DNA of 64,000 nt. It comes from Phyllobates terribilis. Lineage: Eukaryota. Both the position numbers and the translations under genes were made by a program. The notes under the pieces are model-generated. The model searched no databases. It was not told where the DNA came from and was given only the letters and a program-made list of their open reading frames with translations. This document shows, piece by piece, positions 11,654 to 24,856 of this stretch. How positions within the stretch are numbered: position 1 is the stretch's first letter; each line of letters opens with the position of its first letter. The stretch is from contig NW_027362762.1 in assembly GCF_046119375.1 (NCBI RefSeq), positions 163,060,001 to 163,124,000 on the forward strand, read 5' to 3'.

Positions 11654-13699
11654 AATAAATATAATGACCTCATGAGAAAGTGTTTTTGCACATAGTAATG
11701 TCACAGTATATGATGGATGTACATAGTGGTGTCACTACTAAAGCATGCACAAGGTAATGTCTCAATTCAGAAATAAAAAAAAGAACCTGGTGGCCTTCTC
11801 TGGACCTATCGCCTGGGTGTGATTGCCACCTCTGCCCCCTACCTTCCTGGTGTTGAGAGGAGGGAAGCCTGAGGCAGATGTGGTCCACCTTTGATCTCCG
11901 CACCCCTGGGGCTCTATTTAGTAGGGGGCCATAGGTTCCCTGACCTAAAAGGGAAGTTCACATTGTGGATTAACAAATTGCTACTTAAGGTATTTTTAGT
12001 TGTGGAATTGCCCTTCCCTTCTATAGTTCAGCTTCTTCATTTCTATAAACCTTGGAATACAGCCAGGAGCAAGAGAACAGATAACTACTGGAAATGTTAA
12101 CCCTGAATCCGTGCTCCAGCGGCTGGGAGCCGTCTCCATTTTTATAGAGCTAGTGCATGTCATCTATACAGTAGGTTTATACATTGGTTATTGCATGCCA
12201 TGATATATTGATTTTTACTAGGTTATTTGTATGTTTATTTGCAATAATTGAGTTAATAACCAAATTTTACTGGTCATAGATAATTGACCACGGCAAACTT
12301 TTTTTTAAATATGGGAAAACTTGTTGGGTAGGGAGCATAAATAGAAAGATACCCAATACAAACTATTCTATTTATGTCAATGTTTTAGGATTTTGTGCTT
12401 ATAGCGATTTGGGATGTTGGTGACATGGTCTGATCAGTGGGGTCAGACTGTAGCAGACCCTGCTAGGCCTCTGCTCTGGGATTAGGGAGCTGTGGTTAGA
12501 ATTGCAGCCTATTCATAGTGGGGGTGAAGCGTACCTGTATTCAGCACTGTGCCCCACTGATCAGATTGAATCCTATCAGTATATCCTTGGCATAAAAATA
12601 AACCTCCGAGCCCTGATTCATCATTGAATTTGTGGGCTCATGCAGAGGACTGTATTTTAGGTCTGAGTGCGATCTGACAAAACATCGGATTGCAATGGAA
12701 CCAATGTTATTCCATGAGAGATTCCATGAGATTCCGTCTCAGTCCAAGGAAAAAATTGCAGCGTGGATCTGATTTTATTGGATTGCACTTAGCCATGCAA
12801 GTCAGTGAGTCCGTGGAAAACATAGGACTGACCTCGGATGACATCTAAGTGCAGTCCAACTTTCACGGACTGATAGAATGGAAAAGATGGAGAATTTTTT
12901 CACATCTTCTCCTGATCCAAGAAAATTGGATCACACTATGGTCACACTCTGATCAGAGTGGGATTAGCATAATCGGCCCGATTCTCTGGGATGTGACCCT
13001 AGACTAACAGTGACTTGTTATTTGCATTTCATTCATTTATTTATTTATTTATTTATTTTGCTTTTCTTATCCAGCGGTTTAGCCTAATTCATCACTTGTG
13101 ACTTTTCGAAATGTCGTAATTTTTTTCTGCACTTGTATTCCAGTACCCCAGTGGACTAAAAAAAAAAAATCTTCCGCCTTTAATTTTCACCCAGTTGAAG
13201 ACAAATATGTGACATTTTAAAAGATCATTTGACTTTTTTGTCTTCATAAAGGCACAAAAAAAGGTAAAAGGCAAGAAAAAAGAGTTTAGTTGATTTTACA
13301 CAAAATTCACCAACACCGTTACGCAATTTTGTAGAATGTGTTATGAGATATTACAGCGAATGTCACAAAAAATAAAAAGCGATGAATCAGAGCTTGGTGG
13401 TGTCTGTCTCCGGTGGGCTTGCTCCTTCCATGATACTGTTAGCGTGCATGCTAGATATAGGAAGAGAAGGACATTTGCATGGTAAAGGGCTCAACATTCG
13501 ATTGTGTATTTGCATGTGGCTCACTCTGATTGTGATGTATGTAAACTCTGACTGTGTAAGGAGCGGCCATGTTATTTCTGGGGTCACCGGTGTGTACGGA
13601 GCATTGCAGGGAGGCGTTATCTGCTCTTCTACGTGCTGATCCTTGCTAGTTTAATGGGCCGAAATCCATTGTCCACATATACATCATCCGCTATTCACT

Positions 13700-14290
13700 G
13701 GCTTCCTGGTTTTTAGACTATAAATGTACAGGTATTTGTAATCCTATTTGCCACTTCCCTTCGGCTATTCAGCATATGGTGGGAAGAGCTATTTATATGT
13801 CTTAAAAATAGAATTTGTTGGATACATTTCCTTCCATTAACCTCTGTGCATCTAAAGCCGTTTTCTTGGCATCCAGTCTTCAGTGCACCTTTATAACTCT
13901 TGATGGTGTTGTCTACGGTCACCAACCACTTGAATGTAGATTTTGGGGAACATCTGTTCTTTCATACTATTGCTTTACACTTCAGCTCTTCTCTCCAGCT
14001 TCTCCATTGGTGGAGCCCATCCATATTTTTCACCAGTAGGACGATGATTTGCCTTGTGATTTCCATAGCAATGATATGGTGGAAGCAGCAGATCTTCTAG
14101 TCCCAATAGCCAACAAGAGAAGTTGCGGCATCCATGACTCTGCTTTGGATGGCAGATTTATTTGAGAGTTCTATATCTTCTTTTAAATGGTGCAAGAAAG
14201 GGGCGGTGGCTGTCTTCCCCTTCGCTGGAATCTTAAGACCTCTACATTTGACATTGCTGTAAATCAGCTTCATGTCCTGGGGCCAGTGGT
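13700..14290 (-). mobile_element. Possible degenerate L1 ORF2 endonuclease N-terminus
   Basis: Minus ORF 14097-14324 contains MKLIYSNVKCRGLKIPAK...FLHHLKEDI, and ORF 13713-13925 ends NSRREVANRITNTCTFIV. Both resemble L1 APE motifs (xNVKGLNxPxK..LKADI; SKxRGVAILI), but the spacing is atypical. Confidence 0.3.
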
Positions 14291-15999
14291 GAAGTCTCCT
14301 GGTGCAGCTCATCTGTGTTATCACGGCTCAAATATGTCCTCGTTCTTGGAAGTCCTCGCAGGGACAGAATACCGGAGCGGCTGTAGTCATGGAAATCTGC
14401 CTGCGAGGATCGGAATAATGTTCATGGGGGGATTTATCATAACTAATGCCGGGGAAAGTGGAGGTGTCTCCATGATCCCCCGTGGGAAGGCAGCTGTGAC
14501 TGACGGCTGCACTCCCACACTGAACCGCGAGATCAGAGGGACTTCCAACCTGAAACATCCCGCATACATATAATGCTGATCTGGGTGCTTAGAGGGATCG
14601 TTCATCTAAAAAAAAATAATAATTTTTGAATAACATAATAAAAAATTTTGAGTTAATAGAGCCGAAATGGTGAAACTAGAAGGAGTGTTTTTAAAGGGGA
14701 TGTCCAACTCTGGGCAAAACTTTGGCAAACCCAACAGGGGTGATACTGCAATTAGGAGAACTAGAGCATTTCTGTTCTGAAAACTCACACCCCGGGGGCA
14801 GGTTCACACCAGCATAAAAAAATTGTCCAGGGTTTCCTCCAGAAAACTCAAAACAATTTTTCCTCCCTTGTCATCCATATACAATCTGTTTTCTTTTGTT
14901 TTTCTTTTTTACAGCAGCAGCTATTAATCATTTACAAGACCATTTACAGTTTCCTATGTTACAGAATTGCAATGTATCCTTAAAAATCGGATTTTATACT
15001 GTGCCTCCGAATGTGCCTCCGAAACTAGTGCATGCTGCGCTTTTTTATAACCATGAAAAAAAAATATTTACTGCATCATTGAATAAAATTGGTCTGAGTG
15101 TGCAATCTGTGATTTTCTTTCCATGGGGAGAGCTGTTTGAGCACTTAACGCCTCATTTACATATGAATGAACATGCTAATTTCTCAGGAATGCAGCAACA
15201 GATAGGAGATATAAAGGTGTTGGATTTACATTTCAAAGACCTGTATACCCATATGAGGGTTGATCTTACTGACAGATCAGAAGATAATTTTAGTGAGGAT
15301 CTGACACCATTTGAATGTACTTTGCTTCTTTTTTTTCTCCTTTAGGCTAAGTGCCCACGATGCAGAAATGCTGCAGATTTTTTCCGCTTCTCCCTGGCAG
15401 GAAAAACGCATGTGGATTTTACATGTGTTTTTCCTGCCAGGTAGAAGTGTTTGTCAAGCGTTTTTGCATGCATTCCTGCATGCGGGTTATCAAGCGCTTT
15501 TCCAAGCGATTTTAGCATCCACTCCTGAGAAAAAATACTGACCAAATACTGACCAAATACTGATAGTGGGGCCAGGGCCTAAAAGCCATTTCTGCTGCAT
15601 AAAATAGCATCGATCCGCACATCAGAATTCAGTGTATCCCTACTATACTGGTCAAGGAAATGCTGCAAACAAAAGGGACAGATTCTAAAGGGTTATCCAC
15701 AGGTTAGGGGGGATAACTACAGATTTCTTGGGAGACCCTAAGAACAGAGCTGTGATCCCTGGCACCAGGCTCTATAGAGCACTGTCATCAATGCTCTGCC
15801 TCCGCTCCATTCAGTTTCTATATATTTATCTCCAGCAATCACCTAAACAATGAATGGAGAGGAGGCAGATTCCAGAGCCTCCTCCTCAGGATCACTGGGG
15901 ATCCCAGCAGTTGGATCCTAAGGATAGCGGATAACTGGGTAGTTTCCTGCACAACCAACTGGATAACAAATGTAAGTTTATTGAATCAAGTTAAGTCAT

Positions 16000-16110
16000 C
16001 CTATGACTAAGGGCGTCCTAATACACCAGAAACGCGTCAGGTGTTCTGCTTTTTAACTTTTGATGGACTTTTAGCTTGATTCAATAAACTTACATTTTTT
16101 ATCCAGTCAG
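16000..16110 (+). mobile_element. Decayed Penelope-like terminal repeat relic with a minimal hammerhead-like motif
   Basis: CCT-ATGACTA-A-GGGCG-TCCTAATA-CACCA-GAAA-CGCG-TC-AGG at 16000-16041, followed by AATAAA at 16083-16088. Confidence 0.4.
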
Positions 16111-19100
16111 TTGTGTCGGAAACTACCCTGATTTTTCCCGCTGTCATCTGCAATCACCGGCAGGTATGGCACCCACTGGTTTCTAATCACCGCTACGGAT
16201 TCATCTATGTGAACAGCTCTAACCCTCCCCCTCTCCCTCCCAGCTCCTTCTATATTGAGAATACCCCTTTATTATTATCAGAGTTTTCTGGGATTTTGCT
16301 TCACATGACCGATCCTTAGGGTCACCAAGGTCACAGGTCCACTATATGGGAAAGGCCATCGATACAGTAGAAAAAAAAGGGTACGTTGGGGCAATCCACC
16401 CGACAGTACACTCTTTTGGCTTCCATCGAGAGAATTGATCCCTATGGATACATTTTACTTACTCTGGAAGAATATTCCATCATTTCGGGCCTGTAAGCAC
16501 ACCATGCGTCCCTGTACTACTCTTGGAGTGCTACCGCACTGCCATGTGCATGATGCCTTACACTGAAATATGTATATACAGAGGGCGTTAAACACAATCA
16601 CGCATTCACAGTCGTCATTTGGCACGACTCTGTGATATCGGGACTGTCTGTGGCCTTGGTCTATCGTAAGGTGCATAGAATAGAGGTCCATGGTAAATAT
16701 GACCTGCATATATGTAGTGTGCACATGGACGTATCCTCGCTGCCCGTAGAGGAGATGAAGAAGCTGACTTCTGCCTTGGAGGTCACACCGGGGCTGAGCA
16801 CTTCCCTCCAGCGTCACAGATTACTTCTAGCCACTGATTTGTGCCAGGCCTGTTTCTCACCACCGCATGATAGGGTGTCATTGATAGTGGCTGTCGCTGG
16901 CCTCGCTCACAAAGCCTTTTCACCTGGAAATCCCTGATCCAGGAGGTCACCGCCATGCCGCATCACTGTGACACTGGGCCATTCTGAGCTCCGGCTCGTC
17001 CGTCATTTAGAGGAACTCTCTCCTATGCAAAGACATTTCCTGCTGTAGATTATTTGAAAAGTAGTTAATCATACGTTTTTCTTTATAACGAAATTCTCAT
17101 TCACAAAGCAATTTCAGTGAACCTGCCCATTAATGCACCATGTACTTGTATCAGCCGGAGCATGACTAGGTGGGGTTCACATGCAGCTGATTGTGCTCTT
17201 CCTACCACAGGCTATGTATGTAAAGTAGCTTGCCCTTCCTCCATGTAGATTTGGGTGAGTGCATTCTGGGTTAAGATTCTTTATAAATTCTGAGAAATCC
17301 TGCTGCCATGGAACAATAAAACTGTTATTCTGCCACCTTGTGGCCACATGGTGTGAGTGATTCATAATATTGTAGCAATAAAAGAAAATAAAGGAAAGTC
17401 TTTGTGTTCATTGCAGCCTGCACCACACCCCACAGCTTTGCTGTTTCTTCTCTAAACCCTGATGTGGATTCAGTGGTTAAGAAAAAAAGAAGTGCGGCCT
17501 GTAATTCTCACCTTCTATTAGCTCTGGCTTCTATGGAGTTTAGTTTGAAGTTTGTTTTATGAAGAACTAAAGCTGCAAGTTTGACTTTGACGCACATTTG
17601 TGATACTGTTATTAGCAGATCTATAAAAGTTTATGGTGTACCTTCCATTTGATCATACCTAAAGGAGCTTACGTTGTGCTCCACTTGTGGGAATAAAGCC
17701 TAATTATTGTATAGAGCAAAAATTTGGAACTTTTTAATGTACTTTGTTGAATTCCTTTACTCTTTTCAAGCTCTCTGCTTGCTGTCAGTGAAAGGTAACA
17801 AACGTGCTTTCTTACTGTGGCTGAAAACATATCCATTTTCACGGTGGATAGCTTAGGACTGCGTTTCCAGGGTAGTCAGTCCATTATGAGCTCCTTTTCC
17901 CATACAGACCTCTTTGTCCTGATCTGCTACAATGTTTCAGTGTAGATAAATCGTACGGTATGTCTAAAGCCTGTAATACTAATCCCCCCAAAAAAATAAT
18001 CAGTCTTGCTTATCTCTTGCCGCTCCATTGATGCCTTTCTGCCTCTGTCCCAGTCTTTATTGATGTGGTTGCAGCGGTCATGTGACCACTGCAGCCAATC
18101 ACTGGGCTCATCAGTCATGCCAATGTAGATGGCACAAAAGCAATGAGTTAAGTGACTGGCTGCAGCTGTCTCTTGCTGTAGTTATGTAACAGTTACAGCA
18201 GTTGTATTTTTTCATAGCGTAGATTTGAACCTGCACCAAAATCTGCCTAAAATAAGACACAAATCCCATTAACTGCTTATAGCCCATACTAGATACAGAG
18301 TATTAGCTGGCTACTATTTTTCTTCCTCTGGATATAAATAAGAATATTTGTTTCTATTCAAGAAAGTTATCATAAGGAATGTTGGGTTAATTTTGGTTTC
18401 CCTTTTTTCCTCTATAAACATTCATCCATCAGGTAACATGAATGATTTCCTTATTAGTTACAATCTGCAGATATTTACCGCACGCTGCTTACAGTAATGC
18501 TCAGTGTTTGCTTTACTGCTGGTAACTCGCTGGGGTATTTTCTTCCTTTTTCTTGTATCAATATTTGCTTATGATGCAAGCGTTAGTGGTTTTTCAGCCT
18601 TCCTACCACCTATTATCATGTTGTCCAAGGATGCAGAAATGTTATATCTTCCAAAATATACAAGAGTGGAACAGAGCAAAACCAAAGAAATGAGCCGGAA
18701 CACATGTTGGTGTGAGTGCAGTATGTAGGGGCACATTCACACTGTGGCCATTCAACAGACAAAACCTAGGATAAAAACAAAATGAGCAAATAGTAAATAG
18801 TATAATGCGTGTAAATGAAATAAGGAATGTAGTTGACACCATTTTGATTAAAAAAAAGCAAAAAAGCCATCCTACCACGACAAGGTGCACCCAATCAGGA
18901 TGGACCATAAATCTTGTAGTTCACTTCTCTGTGTGTCAATGACCTCAAAATAAATGTGGGCATGAATGGTTTCCTTATTTGTTACAATCTGTACATACCG
19001 CACACTGGTTATAGTAATGTCCCGTACCTGCGCTTCTGTATCCGACTGATGGCCTCATAATGCAGGTTCTAAGCCCTTATTGAGGAGGCTCACAAAAATA

Positions 19101-19935
19101 ATGTATGTTTGTTGTGTACATACTCTCACTACTTTCCTCCTTACCAAAGTCATTGATGTCTGGAAATTATCCTAAAGGTCATTACTTTAGATTTCCAGAA
19201 TTTGAGAACAAGGGGGGGGAAGTATCTCAGCGTAATCCCAACATCGAAAAGTTATGACCTATAGACAGGCCAGATGATGACCTGCAGACCTAGGGGGTCC
19301 GATCCCAGGGCTGTCAGCCCACCACTGATCAGCAAATTTCAAGTATGATTTCCAAAGGTAGGGATAATGTTTTAAAGCTAGGAAGTAACAAAAGTATAAA
19401 AAAAAAAAAAAAAAACTACACGCCAAGGACATCTTATTTTTTTTTTTTTTGCTTTTGCTTTTTTATCTTATTTCTTTCAATTATTACTTGGACATTTCCA
19501 AATTTAAAAAATAAATGTTGACTTTGTCCCAGGGATCACCAATTCCAGTGTTATCTTGTGTATGAATATAAAACAATGATCTGCAGCAGGAGCCTCCCCC
19601 CTCTCCCTTGTTTTCAGAATGATCAAAAATCACTTAGCAGAAGTAGAAGAAATCATCTGCAGATTAACCCCTGTGTTCTCTGCTGGTTTCATGCAGGAAA
19701 TCCTGCAGACTAGCAAACAGTGAGAGGGAAGATTATGTCCTGTTTAGTCATTTTTAGTTCTTTTTTTCCACCCCCTTATAGGTATAACAGGTGGGAGATG
19801 CGTTTTGGAAAAAAAGACGTTTTCTTTCTAACAGCGTGTTTCATTCAGCGGCTCTACCATCATGTGATCTTATCAGTTCATTCACGCTATGTAAAGCAAA
19901 TGGTAATCATCATAAAGGATGAACAGTTGCTTTAT

Positions 19936-20809
19936 GGCTATGTGCCCACGATGCGGAAATGCTCTGGATTTTTTTCTGAGCGTTTCTGCATCTCCCTGGC
20001 AGAAAAAACGCATGCAGATTGTACATGCGGATTGTACATGAGTTTTTCCTGCCAGGGACATGCGGATGTGAAGCGTTCTTCACTTGCATTTCCGCATGTG
20101 GGTTGACCAGCGCTTTCCAGGCGATTTTAGCATCACTTGGAAAGTGCTTGACAACTTGGTCACACTATATAAATCCATGCAAACGGCATAGATTTATATA
20201 GTGTGACCGTAAAAGAATGGTAAAAAATAAAAAAATAAATCTATACTTACCTTCTGATGGCCCCCACAGTCTTGCTTCACTCCGTCCTGGCTGCCGGCAG
20301 CTTGCGGTACACTACACTGAAGGACCTGCCGTCACATGACTATGACTTCAGCGCAGGTCCTTTAGTCTACCATGAGCTGCCGGCAAGTGAAGACAAGGAC
20401 ATCGGGGGCCATCAGAAGGTAAATATAATATTTATTTTTCATTTTATTCTTTTTTTTTTTTTTTTTTACAGGTTCTATGGTACCCGGGTCCAGAGGAGAG
20501 TCTCCTGTCCTCCACACCCGGGTACCATCTTCACATTGAAACGCGTGGAATGCGCATCTACATATACAGTGATGAGTAATCCAAGCGATTCAATGCAAGT
20601 CAATGGCGGCGAAAACGCAGCGCTTCCGCAAAATAATTGGTAGTGCTGCGTTTTTTTCCGCAATGATAATCCACAGCGAAAATTTCCGCAGCATGTGCAC
20701 AGCACGTGCGGATTATCATTGGGGAACATGGCAGGCCTTCTATCATGCGTTTCTGTAGCATTTTTTCCTCTGCGGAAACGGTTAAAAAACGCATCATGGG
20801 CAAACAGCC
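19936..20809. mobile_element. PIF/Harbinger-type non-autonomous element, TAT TSD
   Basis: tat|ggctatgtgcccacgatgcg ... cgcatcatgggcaaacagcc|tat; a related left end lies at about 15345. Confidence 0.7.
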
Positions 20810-23800
20810 TATGTCTGAAGGAAATTATCCGTGCCATGCTGATAATGTTGTTTAAGGACTGGAACACTCCGGCTATTACCATCTTGCGGATTAGGCTGTT
20901 GTGGTACCCTTCTTGTAATCTGCTTCTTGTATTTGGCTTGATAAGTGTCAATGGATTTATTAGACACAGAGCTTTCTGGAGATAATTCTCTGCAGGTTCC
21001 AGGCTACAATCACCTTGAACGCGTTGAAACAACTTTGCATTGAGCCTTGATTAAAGAAGATCTCCTACCGAAAATACTCAACTATCGCTGTCTTTTCCAG
21101 TTTCCAGCGCAGCTCCGCTCCTCTTCTCATTCATGTGACTTCATTTCCGACTCACTGGATCACACTGGGGTTTGTGTGTGATCCGGAAGTGCCATGTTAA
21201 ATATTTTAAATCACTATTTGTAAGCCAAAACCAGGAGTGGGTCAAAAATACATAAGTGGTGACGTGTTTCTATTATACTTTTCCTCTGATTGTTCCACTC
21301 CTGATTTTGACTTATAAATACTGATGTAAAATACTGACCAAATACTGAACTTGTGAACATGGCCTTAAAATGTGAGTCTCTGGCGTATAAGAACAAGGCT
21401 TCATAGACTTACATTGTAACTGCGACTTTCAGCACATAAACGCCAGCGTAATCTGATGAATTGGACTCAAGGTCACATAACTCAGAAGAGGACTAGATCG
21501 GCGCTGGGAACAGTGGAAGACAGCGATTAAGTATTTTAATACAACTACACTGCACACATATTTGGAAAGGTTTAGAGGATATAATTTTTGTTGGGAGTGC
21601 TTCTTTAAAAACCTATTTGTGTTCTGTGTATGTTGCTCTCATGCAGATCTGTGTGCACCTGATTATTGCTGCTTGTAGTTACAGACTAAGAACAAACCCT
21701 ATATGTAGTCTGATCCTGTGGACGTGTTTCACTCTGTTTCTTGCTAACTACCGTACTTCTCAACATCAGAAGTTAGTTGGTCAGTGTTGGTCATGGTTCA
21801 CATTACACTTGTAAACTACCTTCATAGAAGTGAAAATATCTATATGGCCCCAAGCATTTTATTTTAGCATATTCTGGGCCGATATACAGCCATATATCTT
21901 ATTTTTACTGTGAAAAGACTCAGTTGTAGACAGTGGATATATAGAGGCATACGTTGCAGCCTTCGGTCTGAAGTATGTATCTAGAAAGTCTTGATCACAC
22001 AACTTACGGCAGGTTATGTTTCCTCGTGGAGACTTGTGTTTTCTACTAATAATTCTATATTACTGTTAGAATCCATACACTGGGATATATTTATCAAAAC
22101 TGTCTATTTCTTAATCTTCAAACCGCTATAAAGATTAGATGGCTGTCGGCTGAACGATGGTTGAGCTGATCATTAGTCCGGCAGCCATCTCGGCCGGCTC
22201 TCTCATACGGAGGAGCACTAGTTTGGCCAAGTGTTCTTTATAAGAAAGCCACCACCAGACATCTCTGGGAGAACAATACGGTTGTCAGTGCGAAATCGGA
22301 CATGCTGGATCAATATTTCCCCCAACATTAAATTGTCCGGGTTCCTATGCACATTAGACTGTCGGCCGTACCCATCCTTAGCGATGAGCTTGGCCAATGT
22401 TAGTTTAATGTGTTTGGGGGGTTTAAACTTGACAGTATTAATTAAAATGTGCCACATATATTCATATATTTGTTCTGTTTGATAAATCTATCTAATAATA
22501 AGGCTGTCCAGTCTAAGTTTACACCACCTATTAGTTGGATTACTTTGTGCCAGAAATGTGCGCCGCAGTTCTGTGCCATTTTTTGGCCATCATGTCATAT
22601 GTTAAGGTACGCCCTTCTCAGTGTGGCCACGAACTCTAGTTGGAAAAGTTGTAAGAAAGTGTCTAAACACACCATAAATATGGTGCAAGTCATTAAAGAC
22701 ATTTACTTTGCACAAACTACGCCAGAATTGTGGCACATTTGGCTTGATAAGTATTCCATTGTGTATGTGCCCGCTCTCCCTTCTTCAGTAGTCACATACA
22801 CCAGACCAGGAGCAGTGTTGGCTTTTATTCACACACAGCAGAGAATGTTCACTGTGAACTTCGCTGCAAAGCATTGCAATTGGTGAAATACTTTACCTTT
22901 TTTCCCCATTGGGTTAATTGTTGTAAACTGCTATGGAATTTTTATTTGACCATTTGAGACAATTCTTTGAGAAATTTGTAAGTGAGAACTACAGGACATT
23001 TATAATAAAACCAAAGACAGAAACGTAATACTCAAATACCCTACAATAAATAGCAATAGTGCATGAAAATAATATAGGATACTTAGTTAACATAATTTTG
23101 ATCAAAATAATTTGAAAAGCCATCCTACCATGTCATGGTGACCCTATTCGGGACATTTATGATGGCCTGGGAAAAAATTGTCTCGAACTGACTGTCATGG
23201 AGCGACACTCCTGCATGTATGTTTCTGTTCCTGTTTAACAGGAGTATAGAGAACAGAACCAGTTAATTAGAATTGGACCATACAAGCTACTTTTCTTGTA
23301 AGATATGGATGGCCCAGCAACAGTATCGGCTAGTGTGTAGATTACATGGGAGAATAAAAGTGTACGTGTGCTTTAAGATCATCGGTGATCCATGGCATGC
23401 ACAGGAAGAACAACCACTGACGGATTGGTGATAACTTGATTTTATTCTACATCCCATTTATTTTTTGCTGCCAGACTATTTGTATACAGAATAATAAACC
23501 CGATATTCCTAAGTGAGAATGACCCGTCAGCCCATCGCGGTGGCTGCACAGCTCCTCATCACCTTCTGATTTGCTAAACTAATTTGATTTCTAGCTGAGA
23601 AAAGAAGTTCATTTCTGGGTCAGACCGTATGGTGTGTGTAATCCGTTAATACATAAATACTAAGATTTAGAATAGGGTTATAAAAGTAGCATTTAATGGT
23701 GTATTGGTATGTGGAGTGTAGAAACTGAACTCAGACCGACTGCTGCGCCGCTACTTTGCTTTTTTGGAAATGTTGATTTGTTATAATCCAGAAAGTTTTA

Positions 23801-23949
23801 TAATCCCACACTGCTCGCAGAACACAAAATTGCAGAGAAAAATGTCATTTCACAAGAAACCAGACACATTGGGAGATTCATGATTTTTTATTTTATTTTG
23901 TATTTTTTTGTGAAGCGTCTACATTTATAGGCAGACTTCACTCATGTTT

Positions 23950-24510
23950 TATTTGACCTATACGTAGTTTTATAAAAATTTTCAAAAGTAAAATTTATAT
24001 ACACTCTCTCATATTCACTTGGGTCTGTTCTGGACAGGAAGTAGCTGTCTGAGTAACTGGGTGCCTGGCCGGGGCCCGGTGCCCGGCTGGGGGCCTGGTG
24101 CCCGGCTGGGGGCCTGGCGTGGCAGAGCTGCGTGAGCGGCTTTCCGATGTGCGCAGCCATCGTCCTGGAGCTGTGATCTACAGGAAAATGGCCGTCCGAG
24201 CTACAAGTCTGTACATGCTCCGGCTCGGACGGCCATTTTCCCGTAGATCACAGCTTCAGGAAGATGGCCGAGTACATCGGAAAGCCACGCACCGCTCACC
24301 AGCCCCCAGCCAGACACAGGCCCCCAGCAACTCACCTCTTCTACTGCTGCCACCGCTGGGTTCCTGAAAGAGGGAGGGAACGGAGGGCTCTGCGATCCCG
24401 CTCCACCACCACCACAACTATAAGGTACGCAACTATCTACGTTCGGACCATAAGACGCACCCCCCCCCCAATTTTCCTCCCAAATTTGGGGTGCATCCAA
24501 AACATACGGG
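23950..24510. mobile_element. Remnant of a Tc2/pogo-like MITE with a GC-rich core; left boundary uncertain
   Basis: ttcggaccataagacgcac (24442-24460) and terminal ...aacatacggg|ta; internal 19-bp repeats ggtgcccggctgggggcct. Confidence 0.45.
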
Positions 24511-24684
24511 TATATATGAGAAGAAATCCCTGAAAATGTGCTTGATAGCGGTGTGGCTGCTGTTACTGAAGAATACTGCCAATGTGTGTTTCTTTAAAAT
24601 GGGTGACCACAGTGTTCAGATTGTCAGCTCCGCAATCAGTATCCAAGAAAGCACAGGCCTTGCACTAAAATGAGCCTAGCTTGA

Positions 24685-24856
24685 GACCACGTTCACAAGT
24701 TTAGTATTTTACATCAGTATTTTTAAGCCAAAACCATGAGAGGAACAATCAGAGGAAACGTATAATAGAAACACGTCTCCACTTCTGTATTCTTCACCCA
24801 CTCCTGGTCTTGGCTTACAAATACTGATGTAAAATACTGAACGTGTAAACGTGGCT
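24685..24856. mobile_element. 172-bp palindromic Harbinger-type MITE (other copies at about 21190-21366 and 63500-63650)
   Basis: tga|gaccacgttcac...cagtattttacatcagtat ... atactgatgtaaaatactga...gtaaacgtggct|tta. Confidence 0.7.

Noticed and set aside
13473-13515. Pair of ATTTGCAT octamer motifs 35 bp apart
   Set aside because: Several other copies occur in the window, consistent with chance in AT-rich DNA; no snRNA gene or other support.
20475-21032. 185-aa minus-strand ORF
   Set aside because: Runs across a Harbinger MITE and its flank; no recognisable domain.
21011-21060. Second ACGCGT-containing motif (ttgaacgcgttga) as a possible hammerhead
   Set aside because: No CUGANGA-like core, GAAA incomplete and no helix II.
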